A stretch of 63,953 nt of DNA, filler included, from Acidimicrobiia bacterium (lineage in GTDB: Bacteria; Actinomycetota; Acidimicrobiia; Spongiisociales; CAZKJJ01): assembly GCA_046759765.1 (NCBI GenBank). It is 8 parts of 8 records of this genome, joined end to end, with 100 filler letters (N's around TTAATTAATTAA, not from the genome) between each part and the next. Parts side by side here need not be neighbours in the genome. Positions count along the whole stretch, not along the records: positions 42,812 to 50,991 come from JBHICV010000116.1; positions 51,092 to 59,037 come from JBHICV010000117.1; positions 59,138 to 63,953 come from JBHICV010000167.1; 5 more parts are not named here. The stretch is one strand, 5' to 3'. Of this stretch, positions 50,105-59,139 are shown piece by piece (the first letter of the stretch is position 1; every line of letters begins with the position of its first letter). The notes under the pieces were generated by a model. That model was not told the DNA's origin. It made no database searches and worked only from the letters and a program-made list of their open reading frames with translations. A program made the position numbers and the translations under genes.

Positions 50105-50991
50105 ATGCCAGTGCCAGCGCTACCCGACGAATATCAGACCTTCGTCCAGGAAGCCGACTTTTGGGCGGCACTCAGACGTGGAGAGCTCACCTACCTCGAT
50201 GAATGGGACGACCCGTCTGCCGAGCAATCCCAACGGATCGCGGACGACGTGGGCGGGTTCCGGGCCCGAGCCCGGGAGCTGCAGCTAGAGGCTCCTCTCG
50301 ACGCACGGGCCCTGCTAGCCACCCTCGAGGCGACCGCCGAGCTACTGGAGCTGAACCGACGGATTCTCTATCAGTCCGTAGCGGTCAATCCGGAGATCGG
50401 GCTCCTTGGGAACCTGGTCCCCTTCCTGCCGCGCCAGCCGCTGATGTCCGCAGACGATGGCTCGCGCTACTTGGTCAAGCTGGAGCGTTTTCCGGACTTT
50501 GCAGCCGCAATGGCAGAACGGCTGGCCTCCGGGGTGTCGGCAGAACGGACGGTCCTACGAAGACATGCCGAAGCAACTGCTGACTCGCTGGCGGCGATCA
50601 GCGAGAACCCGGCGCCCTTTCTCCAGCAGCCCGCGCCGTCGGAGGGCTTCAATGAATGGGAATCCGCCCTGGCCGAGAGGGTTCATGGACCGTTGGTCGA
50701 GGGACTCGTCGCTTATCGAGACGCGATCATCGAACACTCGGTCCTGGCCGGCCGCGCCGACGACGAGCCCGGGATCATGTTTTGGCCCGACGGTGAAGGC
50801 CTCTACGAGGACTTGGTGCGTGCGAACACCAACCAGGACGTGACTCCTGATGACGTCCATCGCATCGGACTGGAGCGCATCGAACGGCTCGAAGACGAGT
50901 ACAGGGAGATCGCAGGCCCGATCTTCGGCACCACCGACATCGCGGAGATCTTTGCGCGGCAGCTGCTGGCCGATCCTCCGGCGGTGCAGTA
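50105..50991 (+). CDS. DUF885 domain protein, 3' truncated
   Basis: PGIMFWPDGEGLY..LVR..T....TPDDVHRIGL typical of DUF885. Confidence 0.8.
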
Positions 50992-51091
50992 NNNNNNNNN
51001 NNNNNNNNNNNNNNNNNNNNNNNNNNNNNNNNNNNTTAATTAATTAANNNNNNNNNNNNNNNNNNNNNNNNNNNNNNNNNNNNNNNNNNNN
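50992..51091. other. Artificial contig linker
   Basis: N run + TTAATTAATTAA + N run. Confidence 0.99.
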
Positions 51092-51093
51092 CG

Positions 51094-51678
51094 AATTCGA
51101 CAGGCTTGGCCTGGGCCGGCTGGGCAGCCACGTTGAGCGGCGTTATCTGGTGGGTGGTCTGGGTCCACTATCTGGCTGCGCACGGAACCTCCTCTTTCGA
51201 TCACAACCGGACACCACTAGGACTCTCCTGGTACGACTCCACCCGCTCTCTAGTAATCGCACTTGCCCTGATCGTGCTAGCAATCGCGCTGGTTCGAGTT
51301 GGCCACGGTTGGGTTGCCACGCTCAGCCGGTACGGAGCCATAGCAGGCTGGACAGGAGCCGCCGTCGGGATCGTATGGACGCTGGGAGTGACCGAGTGGG
51401 GTTCCACCACCCTCTCGTTCTCCAGCCCCTTCGGCTCAGCCCTCATCGCTTTCGGGACAGCTCTCGGGGCTGTAGCCACAATCGTGTACGGACGGAGAGC
51501 CCTTGTCGTAGGTCTCCTTCCTCGGGGATCAGGGCTCCTCCTCAGTCTCGGGCTGTTCACCGCGTTTCCCTGGCTTCAGGGCACCATGATTGCCTTCGCA
51601 TTCGGGCTGACATGGATGGCAATCGGAGTCCTCCTAATCCGCTTCCCAAGCAAGCAACCCGCCACGATCCCCGCCTAG
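51094..51678 (+). CDS. Membrane protein of unknown function, 5' truncated
   Basis: Open hydrophobic frame with about six TM helices. Confidence 0.75.
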   Translation, partial: NSTGLAWAGWAATLSGVIWWVVWVHYLAAHGTSSFDHNRTPLGLSWYDSTRSLVIALALIVLAIALVRVGHGWVATLSRYGAIAGWTGAAVGIVWTLGVTEWGSTTLSFSSPFGSALIAFGTALGAVATIVYGRRALVVGLLPRGSGLLLSLGLFTAFPWLQGTMIAFAFGLTWMAIGVLLIRFPSKQPATIPA

Positions 51679-51691
51679 CGCAAATGTGCTG

Positions 51692-51900
51692 TGCGATTTC
51701 AGGGGATCGTTGCAACACCTTCGACGAGTGTGGGGTGTCTCGCATGGGAGGTGTGTGGTGCGCAGGCTGTCGGAGGTGGAGCGTTCGGAGATCTGGGATC
51801 GGTTCGAGGCTGGTGAGTCGTTGCGGTCGATCATCCGCCGGTTGGGACGTCCGCCGTCGACGATCCGGACCCATGTGGTGTCTCTGCAGGGTTCCGGCGG
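51692..51900 (+). mobile_element. IS30-family remnant: left end plus 5' transposase fragment
   Basis: GCGATTTCAGGGGATCGTTGCAACAC resembles actinobacterial IS30 ends; SD GGAGGT + GTG 51755 gives RLSEVERSEIWDRFEAGESLRSIIRRLGRPPSTIR (HTH_38-like); no DDE domain. Confidence 0.75.
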
Positions 51901-51928
51901 CCGCTCAATATGTGCCGATCTAGCGCAC
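51901..51928 (-). repeat. dif-like site copy F (GTGCGCTAGAT CGGCAC ATATTGAGCGG)
   Basis: 15/16 identity to copy C over ctaNatcggcacatat; ~80 bp downstream of and co-oriented with the BTAD gene. Confidence 0.6.
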
Positions 51929-52007
51929 CTGAGGAAACGGGCGATAGCACGCAGATCGGGTGATCTGCGTGGTGCGTTTTGGTCCCAAGGGTGATCTCAG
52001 CGAGCGG

Positions 52008-55000
52008 TCACGTTGCGTCTTCGACTCCCAGACGCGTACTTGAGCTGGTGGCCGCGATTGCGGTGTCGAGGGCTTCCTCCGGCCCCATGGCCTGGCCTCG
52101 TTGCCATGCTGCGGTGAATGCTCGCTTTCCGAGCGCGGCCTCAGCCTCTCCGAGGACCTCGTCCTTGGAGAGGAAGCTCTCGTCAATCGGATGGCGCACA
52201 CCGATGTCGGCTCTGAGCACGTCGGTGGCTCCCAGCAGCACCGTGGCCGTCTCCGGGTCTCCGGCACCGAGCGCCCAGGCGGCGGTGCTGTCCAGGCAGT
52301 GGGCGGCGCATTGCGGACTGACGTTTTGGCGGTACAACCCCAGCGCCTCGTGGAGTAGGGGACGGGCCGTTTCGTAGTCGCCTCCATACCACCGGGCCGT
52401 CGCCGAAATCTCGGTGCCGTGGGACAGAAAGAGGTGAGAGCCCATGCGGCGATTCAACGCTTCGAGCTCGTCGACCATTGCCAGAGCCCGGGCGGTTTCT
52501 CCGTACTCCAGCTCCCAGTGGGCCATGACCCACAGGGACGTGGCCACCCCGAACAGGTCGTCGACTTCGCGAAACCCGGCGAGGGCTGTATCGAACCCGG
52601 CGCGCAGCTCTCCCGGGTCGATCTGGCCCCACTGTGTCCGCACCAGGTAGTGGAGGGCGTAGGCAGCACCGTGCCGCTCCCCGAGGCCACGAAACAGCGC
52701 CAGGCTGCGCTCCAATAGCTCGGCCGCCCGCTCATACCCGTGCTCGTCCTGCACTGCCATCAGGGCACCGCCGGTGAACAGCGTCCAGGCCATGACCTCG
52801 TCCGACACCTGCGGTGAGGCGGCGAGGAACAGTTCTACCCAGCGGACACCCTCCCGTAACCCACGGGGGTCCCAGTACCGGAGCAGCGATGCCACAACGC
52901 CCATCCCTGTGGCCGGATCCCCCTCGTCTAGCGCCCACCGCATCGCCGCCCGGAAGTTGTCCAGCTCGGTCTCCACCCTCGTAAGCCAGGCCGCCTGGTC
53001 GGGTCCTTCGACGAGGTTCGCCGCCGCGGCGCGGGCTAGCTTGGCCGCCCAGGCCAGGTGAGCGTTCCTGACCTCTCCGGCTCGATCGCCCAGCTGCTGC
53101 TGTCCAAACGCGGCCACCGTTTCCAGCATCCGGTAGCGGACCTCTTCACCGTGGGGTTCGGCGGCCAGTAATGACTTCTCCACCAGGGAAGTGACACCTG
53201 AGAGAACGTCACCTCCTGCCACTTGGTTGGCGGCCTCGAGGTCGAACCCACCGGCGAACACCGAGAGGCGCTCCAAGAGCCCCTGCTCCTCTGGGGACAG
53301 CAGCTCGTAGCTCCAGGCCACCGCTCCTTCCAGGGTTCGATGCCGGGGAAGAGCGGCGCGGCTTCCCCCGGTGAGCAGGGCGAAGCGATCATCGAGGCGG
53401 CTGGCGATCTGCTGCAGCGACAGCGCCCGCACCCGGGCCGCCGCCAGCTCCAGGGCCAGGGGCAACCCATCAAGGCGCCGGCAGATCTCAACAACCGCGG
53501 CAGCATCGTCGTCCCCCACCGCTAGGTCGGGCCGGGCAGCCTGGGCCCGTTCGATGAAGAGCTGCACCCCCTCGAACCTCATCAGCTCGTCGATCGACGA
53601 GTCGTGACCGTCGGTCGGTATCGCCATCGACGGAACCAGCCACGAGGTCTCGCCCGGCAGACTGAGCGTCTCCCGGCTGGTCGCCAGCACCCGCAGCCCA
53701 GGAGCGGTCTCCAACATTGCCAGGGTCAGGTCGGCGACCGGGTCGATGAGGTGCTCACAGTTGTCCACCACCAACAGCAGCTCCCGGTCACTGAGGAAAC
53801 TGCTGAGGACCTCCAACCATTCTCGCCCCGGTTTCTCCGTCAGCTGCAGGGCCGCAGCTACCTCCCCGGGCACGAGGTCCGGGTCGTTCAGGCCGGCGAG
53901 GCCGACGAACCACGCCCCATCAGGAAACTCACCCAGTATCTCCACGGCGACCTGTAGAGCCAGTCGGGTCTTGCCCGAACCACCGGCGCCGGTGAGCGTC
54001 ACCAGCCGGGATGTCCTCAGGACCTCGGTGACTTCTGCGATCTCGGCTTCCCGTTCCACGAAGGTCGACACCGAAGCCGGCAGGTTGTTGGGGAACCCTT
54101 CGAGGGACTGCAACGGCGGAAACTCTTGGGGCAGCTGCTCGTGCACCAGCTGGTAGACCTGCAGCGGCTGGGAGAGATCACGCAGCCGGTGCACACCCAA
54201 ATCCAGCAGGCCAGTGCCGGAAGGCAGAGACTCCCGGATCAGAAATTCGGTCGCTTGAGACACCAGCACCTGACCGCCATGCCCAGCCGACAGCAGACGA
54301 GCCGCACGGTTAAGAGTCGGACCGAAGTAGTCGCCGCCGCGTTCCTCCGCCACCCCGGTGTGAAGAGACATGCGCACACGAAGCTCGACAGATCCCCAGC
54401 GCTCAGCAGCCAACCCTGCCTGAGCCTCAATGGCTGCTGAAAACGCATCCTCCGGAGACTGAAAGGCGGCAGAGAAAGCGTCACCCGCAGTGGAGAACAC
54501 ATAGCCGCTGCGGCGCTCGATAGCCTGTCGGAGGACTTCATCGTGCCGAGCGAGAGCCTCCCTCATCGTCTTAGGATGGTCCTCCCACAGACGGGTCGAC
54601 CCCTCGATATCAGTGAACAAGAACGTAACCGAACCTTCGGGAAGCGCCTCCGTCCCCTCCTTCGGACTGGGAGCGGGATGCGTCCACGTGAGGTCGGAAT
54701 CTTGAAGCAGTACCTGCTCTTCCAGACGTTGCAGCTCACCGGAGGGTTCGATTCCCAGCTCCTTGCCCAACAGCCGACGGGCCTTCTGATACGCCCCTAA
54801 CGCCTCTGCCTGGCGTCCGGAGCGGTACAGCGCCAACATCAGCCGAGCCCACAGTCCCTCCCGCAGCGGGTACTGCTCCGTGAGATGTTCCAGCTCCCCA
54901 ACCACTTCTACGTGGTCACCCAGAGCCAGCTCCGCCTCGATTCGGCGCTCCCACGCCACCAACCGCAACTCCTCCAACCTGGCCACCTCGGCACGGAGCG

Positions 55001-55430
55001 TCGGCGGTTCATCCGTAACATCAGCCAACGGAGCGCCCCGCCACAGTCCAAGTCCTTCAGACAGCTCTTCTCGAGCCCGCTGAGGATCAGCACCCAACTT
55101 CGAACTCGCATCGCGAATCAGCCTCTCGAACTGCAGCGCATCGACCTGCTCGGTCTCGACCGACAAGACATAGCCGGGAGGCTGAGCCCGCAACAGCTCA
55201 CCATCAACATTCAGCACCCTGCGCAGACTGGCGACATGCGACTGCAGCGACTTCCGAGACGCCAAAGGCGGATCCCCACCCCACAGCTCCTCGATCAGAA
55301 AATCAGTCGAAACCACCTCGTTGGCGTGAACCAACAAGATCGCCAGCACCGTCCGCTGCTGCGGTCTCCCCAAGGTGACCCGTGTGTCCCCGTCGGACAC
55401 CTCAAGCGGGCCCAACACCCGGAACTCCAC
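52008..55430 (-). CDS. AfsR/SARP-type regulator: wHTH-BTAD + class III cyclase + STAND ATPase + TPR
   Basis: MEFRVLGPLEV; FLFTDIEGSTRLWE, NRAARL; LTGAGGSGKTRLA, VDNCEHL, LDGLPLALELAAAR; TPR tail. Confidence 0.94.
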   Translation of the reverse strand: MEFRVLGPLEVSDGDTRVTLGRPQQRTVLAILLVHANEVVSTDFLIEELWGGDPPLASRKSLQSHVASLRRVLNVDGELLRAQPPGYVLSVETEQVDALQFERLIRDASSKLGADPQRAREELSEGLGLWRGAPLADVTDEPPTLRAEVARLEELRLVAWERRIEAELALGDHVEVVGELEHLTEQYPLREGLWARLMLALYRSGRQAEALGAYQKARRLLGKELGIEPSGELQRLEEQVLLQDSDLTWTHPAPSPKEGTEALPEGSVTFLFTDIEGSTRLWEDHPKTMREALARHDEVLRQAIERRSGYVFSTAGDAFSAAFQSPEDAFSAAIEAQAGLAAERWGSVELRVRMSLHTGVAEERGGDYFGPTLNRAARLLSAGHGGQVLVSQATEFLIRESLPSGTGLLDLGVHRLRDLSQPLQVYQLVHEQLPQEFPPLQSLEGFPNNLPASVSTFVEREAEIAEVTEVLRTSRLVTLTGAGGSGKTRLALQVAVEILGEFPDGAWFVGLAGLNDPDLVPGEVAAALQLTEKPGREWLEVLSSFLSDRELLLVVDNCEHLIDPVADLTLAMLETAPGLRVLATSRETLSLPGETSWLVPSMAIPTDGHDSSIDELMRFEGVQLFIERAQAARPDLAVGDDDAAAVVEICRRLDGLPLALELAAARVRALSLQQIASRLDDRFALLTGGSRAALPRHRTLEGAVAWSYELLSPEEQGLLERLSVFAGGFDLEAANQVAGGDVLSGVTSLVEKSLLAAEPHGEEVRYRMLETVAAFGQQQLGDRAGEVRNAHLAWAAKLARAAAANLVEGPDQAAWLTRVETELDNFRAAMRWALDEGDPATGMGVVASLLRYWDPRGLREGVRWVELFLAASPQVSDEVMAWTLFTGGALMAVQDEHGYERAAELLERSLALFRGLGERHGAAYALHYLVRTQWGQIDPGELRAGFDTALAGFREVDDLFGVATSLWVMAHWELEYGETARALAMVDELEALNRRMGSHLFLSHGTEISATARWYGGDYETARPLLHEALGLYRQNVSPQCAAHCLDSTAAWALGAGDPETATVLLGATDVLRADIGVRHPIDESFLSKDEVLGEAEAALGKRAFTAAWQRGQAMGPEEALDTAIAATSSSTRLGVEDAT

Positions 55431-55620
55431 ACCACAACCCTACGCCCCAGGAGTTCCCGGCGAACAGCTAACGAGAACCCGCACATAACACACCGTCGCC
55501 CCGCCGTTCGCGGACTGTGGACCCGCTCGTGAACCGGCACTCGGAGCGGATTTCACGCTCAGCCGGTCAAGCCGGCTCAGCCCTGCGAGCTTCCTGGATG
55601 TCTGCGCCAGGCAGCATCCG

Positions 55621-56493
55621 TCACGGTGCGGCTGCCACCGGGGATGCCGCTCGCCGCGCTCGCTCCCGCTGGATGGTCAGGACGAGATTGGCCGTGAGGA
55701 GGGCGACCACCAGGAACAGAACCGGGCTGACCACCAGGCGGAACAGGAACGAGAGCAGCGCGGTGAATCCGCCGTAGACGACTCGGCCGCGGACGGTTCT
55801 GGGCGATGTAGAGGGGTCGGTGAGCATGATGAACGCGAGGAAGAGGACACCGGTCGCGAACACCTCGAGGACCAGCCTCGTCATCAGGTCGTCGCCGGTG
55901 ACAAGCGCGTAAGCGGCGAAGAGCACGACGAAGGTGACCAGATAGCTGGTGACCAGCTCGACCCGGCGCACTCTGTGCACCAAGACGGCGCCCAGGAGCA
56001 CGACGGCGAGCGCCGACGTCGATCCCGTCCAGCCATGGCCGCCCTCGAGCAGGAAGGACCAACGCTCCATGCGCAGGTACTCTTCGGCGTAGAGGATCCT
56101 CGGTCCAGCCTCCAGGTAGCCGGCGTGGTCGTACTGGAGAGGGCCGGAGAAGAGGAGTATCGACACGGCGATCCCAGCTGCTGCCGGGTTGAAGACGTGG
56201 CGGCCCCGCCATCTCACCAGGTGCTTGGAGCCGATCGCGATCGCAGCCGCTGCCAGCGGTACGTACCACGGCTGGCCTTCGGGCAGGAGGAGCGCGACGA
56301 TGAGGCCCGAGATTAGAGCGCCTTTGGGGAACCTCCGGACGCCGGTGATCGCTGAGCGCAGCGGGACGTCCAGCACGCAAGCGGTCGTGGCGGCGATCAG
56401 CGTCTGGGGCAGGACATCGCCGACGCCGTGGGCATGGATCGCGATGACGATCAGCGCCCCCAGGTACGCGAGCAGGTAGTTCCTGACGGACAT
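55621..56493 (-). CDS. RnfD/NqrB family membrane protein (orphan)
   Basis: ISGLIVALLLP, SKHLVR..GRHVFNPAA and FIMLTDPSTSP motifs. Confidence 0.85.
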   Translation of the reverse strand: MSVRNYLLAYLGALIVIAIHAHGVGDVLPQTLIAATTACVLDVPLRSAITGVRRFPKGALISGLIVALLLPEGQPWYVPLAAAAIAIGSKHLVRWRGRHVFNPAAAGIAVSILLFSGPLQYDHAGYLEAGPRILYAEEYLRMERWSFLLEGGHGWTGSTSALAVVLLGAVLVHRVRRVELVTSYLVTFVVLFAAYALVTGDDLMTRLVLEVFATGVLFLAFIMLTDPSTSPRTVRGRVVYGGFTALLSFLFRLVVSPVLFLVVALLTANLVLTIQRERARRAASPVAAAP

Positions 56494-56517
56494 CCGCCTC
56501 CGGGCAAGCCGCACTGA

Positions 56518-57234
56518 CTACGCCTTCCGCCCCACCGAGATGACGTACAGCGGCTGTTCTTCGGCCGAGGCGGCAACGATCTCGTGCACCCGGTCGTCGT
56601 CGAAGGCCCCGATGACAGTGACGCCGAGCCCCATGGTTCCGGCCTGCAGGTAGACGTTCTGCGCGGCGTGGCCGACCTCCATCCAGACGTAGCGGACGCC
56701 GCGGTCTCCGTACTTCGAGGTCGTTCGCTCGGGAACCGCGGTGAACACCAGATCTATGGCCGCTTCCTCCACCCACTCCTGGTCGACGGCGGCCTTCGCC
56801 AGCTCGTCCCGGCGATCCTCCGGAGCGACCCCCACCATCTCGTGGTCGTCCGGTAAGTACCGGTACACGCCCGGTGCCAGGCCAGTCACGTCGCCGACGA
56901 CGACGTAGACCTCCAACGGGTAGAGCGCTCCCGCCGAAGGAGCCGTCCTGAAGCCCTCGGGATCGTTGGTACCCTGCGCTGCCCACAGCAGCTGTGACAC
57001 CTCCGCCAGGGTGAGCGCGTCACCCGTGTATTCCCGGACCGATCGCCGGTTGAGCAGCGCCTCCTCCACTGAGGTGTCGCTCTCGTGACGGGGCGGGACC
57101 AGCTGCACCCGGGCTCCGGGCTCTTCGCGCACGGCCGGCTCGTCCTGGTCGCCGCATGCAATGGCCAGCACCACCATCATCAGCGTCATTCCAAGATACG
57201 TCCCGATCCTTCTCCTGGTTTGGGACTCTTCCAC
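56518..57234 (-). CDS. SagB/ThcOx family nitroreductase-fold protein with lipoprotein-like signal
   Basis: RRSVREY, QLLWAAQG, RTAPSAGALYP and EVGHAAQNVYL motifs; LAIAC lipobox. Confidence 0.92.
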   Translation of the reverse strand: MEESQTRRRIGTYLGMTLMMVVLAIACGDQDEPAVREEPGARVQLVPPRHESDTSVEEALLNRRSVREYTGDALTLAEVSQLLWAAQGTNDPEGFRTAPSAGALYPLEVYVVVGDVTGLAPGVYRYLPDDHEMVGVAPEDRRDELAKAAVDQEWVEEAAIDLVFTAVPERTTSKYGDRGVRYVWMEVGHAAQNVYLQAGTMGLGVTVIGAFDDDRVHEIVAASAEEQPLYVISVGRKA

Positions 57235-57485
57235 GGTATGCCCTCCCCGTCGTCGTAATTGCCCGGCTCACCCACCATTGTCAGCGCGGTGTGGTGAGAA
57301 CGCCAGGGCCAAATGAGTCGCGAAGGGAGCGGGGACTTGCCGCGCGGACGCTGGCCGACGACTGTGCGAAGCGCAGCCCGCAGTGTTGAGCGCCACGGGG
57401 TCGTCCGGCTCCTCATCTCCAGACTATGGCGCGCCATGCTGGTGATGAGCGTCGAGGCTTGGCGCGTAGCCAGGTCTAATGACCG

Positions 57486-57527
57486 TGGTCAAGGGCAGGA
57501 TCGAACTGCCGACCTTCGGTTTTTCAG
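57486..57527 (-). mobile_element. 3' half of tRNA-Phe(GAA); probable att-site duplication, not a functional tRNA
   Basis: Minus strand CTGAAAA ACCGA AGGTC GGCAG TTCGATC CTGCC CTTGACC A: anticodon loop, T-arm and acceptor 3' strand; 5' half absent. Confidence 0.8.
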
Positions 57528-57644
57528 TCCTGTTGGCGTCGTTCCTGCGTGTCCTGCCCGGTCCCTTTCTGCCGGTAGCTGTTGCGGATTCCCGGGATCG
57601 TCGTCCCGGCGCGCACCCACCGGTCCCGACTGATCCTGGGGAGC

Positions 57645-57665
57645 ATGCGATCAGAATGTGATCAG
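57645..57665 (+). repeat. Tandem 10-bp repeats ATGCGATCAG/ATGTGATCAG, candidate integrase arm-type sites
   Basis: 11-bp period, ~120 bp from the tRNA fragment breakpoint. Confidence 0.5.
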
Positions 57666-57931
57666 GCGGACGCCATCACAGAGCGCATCGATGACCGAGT
57701 GGCGATTCGCCCCGGCCACGATCAGCGCACATATCAACAGTCCCGAACCCGCCGCGCCACTTCACCAACCCGCGCGATATCCGGCAATCTCGAGCGGGTC
57801 TCTGACTGGCGGCTCCACCTCGGCCGGGGTGCGCGAGAAGTGCCGATCCAGAGCGGTCGGCGAGGTGTGCGTTATTACGCGAGATCAGTTGTTCGGGGTG
57901 ACTCCGAGTTTCCGGGTTAGCGTCATCCAGA

Positions 57932-58984
57932 ATGACCGAGTCTGTTGGTGGACTGGAGCTGGCACGGCACTTCTACATGACTGTCGTCGAGCAGCTACTG
58001 ACTGGGATACCGCACGCGGCGGCACTGCTCGGGGAGGGTTCGGAGGTTCTCGGCTTGGATACGGAGCGGTCCACCGATCACAGCTGGGGTCCTCGACTGA
58101 ACGTGTTCGTGGGTTCGGAGGACGTTGAGAGGGCTCGTTCTGTTATCGGCACTGGCTTGCCGGACGAATTCCAGGGTCGGCCGGTCCGATATCCCAGATG
58201 GCAGACGGGCCGGGTCGAACATCATGTCGAAGTGGCCACGGTTGGAGCGTGGTTCGAGTCGTATCTCGGATTCGATCCGCGGGAGTCGATCACAACTGCC
58301 CAAAGGTTGGCTACACCTCAACAGCTGCTGTTGGAGGTCACGAGCGGGAAAGTGTTCCGGGATGACCTAGGTGAGCTAACCGCGGTACGGCAGCTGCTCT
58401 CCTGGTATCCAGACGATGTTTGGCTGTGGTTGATGGCTTGCCAGTGGCATCTCCTCGCCGAAGTGGAGCCACTGGTCGGTCGTACCGCGGAGGTGGGAGA
58501 CGAACTCGGATCCCGAATCCTGGCGGCCAGGCAAGTCGAGAATCTGATTCGACTGTGTCTCTTACAAGAGCGGTGCTACGCCCCATATGGGAAGTGGATG
58601 GTCTCTGCCTTTAATCAAGTGGAGGCGAGCCGCGACCTTGCACAGCATGTCCAGGCCGCTGTCAGTGCCGACGACTATCCAACCCGGGAGACAGCCCTCG
58701 TAAGGGCCTACGAGGCTCTCGCTGCCCGACATAACGCGCTGGAAGTCTCCGACCCCATCGACCCTTCAGCGGGCCCCTTTCAAGTCGAGATTGCTGACGC
58801 CGTCCGGCCGTATCAGGTGATAAACGCTGCCCGGTTCGCTTCCGCATGCCAAAAGGCAATCCGAGATGACAAGCTTCGGGAGCTTCCCCTCATTGGATCG
58901 ATTGATCAGTTCGAAACCAACGACCTTGTCACTCACTTCACCGATCCTTCAACACGGTTCAGTGTCGTTTACGGCGAACTCTGA
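57932..58984 (+). CDS. DUF4037 domain protein
   Basis: LLGEGSEVLGLD..RSTDHSWGPR, GKVFRDDLG, WYPDDVW and YAPYGKW motifs. Confidence 0.9.
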   Translation: MTESVGGLELARHFYMTVVEQLLTGIPHAAALLGEGSEVLGLDTERSTDHSWGPRLNVFVGSEDVERARSVIGTGLPDEFQGRPVRYPRWQTGRVEHHVEVATVGAWFESYLGFDPRESITTAQRLATPQQLLLEVTSGKVFRDDLGELTAVRQLLSWYPDDVWLWLMACQWHLLAEVEPLVGRTAEVGDELGSRILAARQVENLIRLCLLQERCYAPYGKWMVSAFNQVEASRDLAQHVQAAVSADDYPTRETALVRAYEALAARHNALEVSDPIDPSAGPFQVEIADAVRPYQVINAARFASACQKAIRDDKLRELPLIGSIDQFETNDLVTHFTDPSTRFSVVYGEL

Positions 58985-59037
58985 AGTGCCTGATAGGTCT
59001 TAGGGGTGCTGCGGGGTTGTGTTCCGTAGCTTGTAGG

Positions 59038-59137
59038 NNNNNNNNNNNNNNNNNNNNNNNNNNNNNNNNNNNNNNNNNNNNTTAATTAATTAANNNNNNN
59101 NNNNNNNNNNNNNNNNNNNNNNNNNNNNNNNNNNNNN
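59038..59137. other. Artificial contig linker
   Basis: N run + TTAATTAATTAA + N run. Confidence 0.99.
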
Positions 59138-59139
59138 CG

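Noticed and set aside
55577..56986. 469-aa Arg/Gly-rich ORF and similar long overlapping ORFs
   Set aside because: Alternate-frame artefacts of high GC over well-supported genes
57486..57560. Complete tRNA-Phe gene
   Set aside because: No D-arm or acceptor 5' strand; anticodon stem cannot pair
55476..57790. Further weak dif-like matches (CCCGCACATAA near 55478; CCCGCGCGATATCCGGCA near 57769)
   Set aside because: Half-sites only; need PWM scoring before they can be counted
8594..59137. Seven identical TTAATTAATTAA-in-N blocks about 8 kb apart
   Set aside because: Artificial six-frame-stop contig linkers; the periodicity reflects length-sorted contigs
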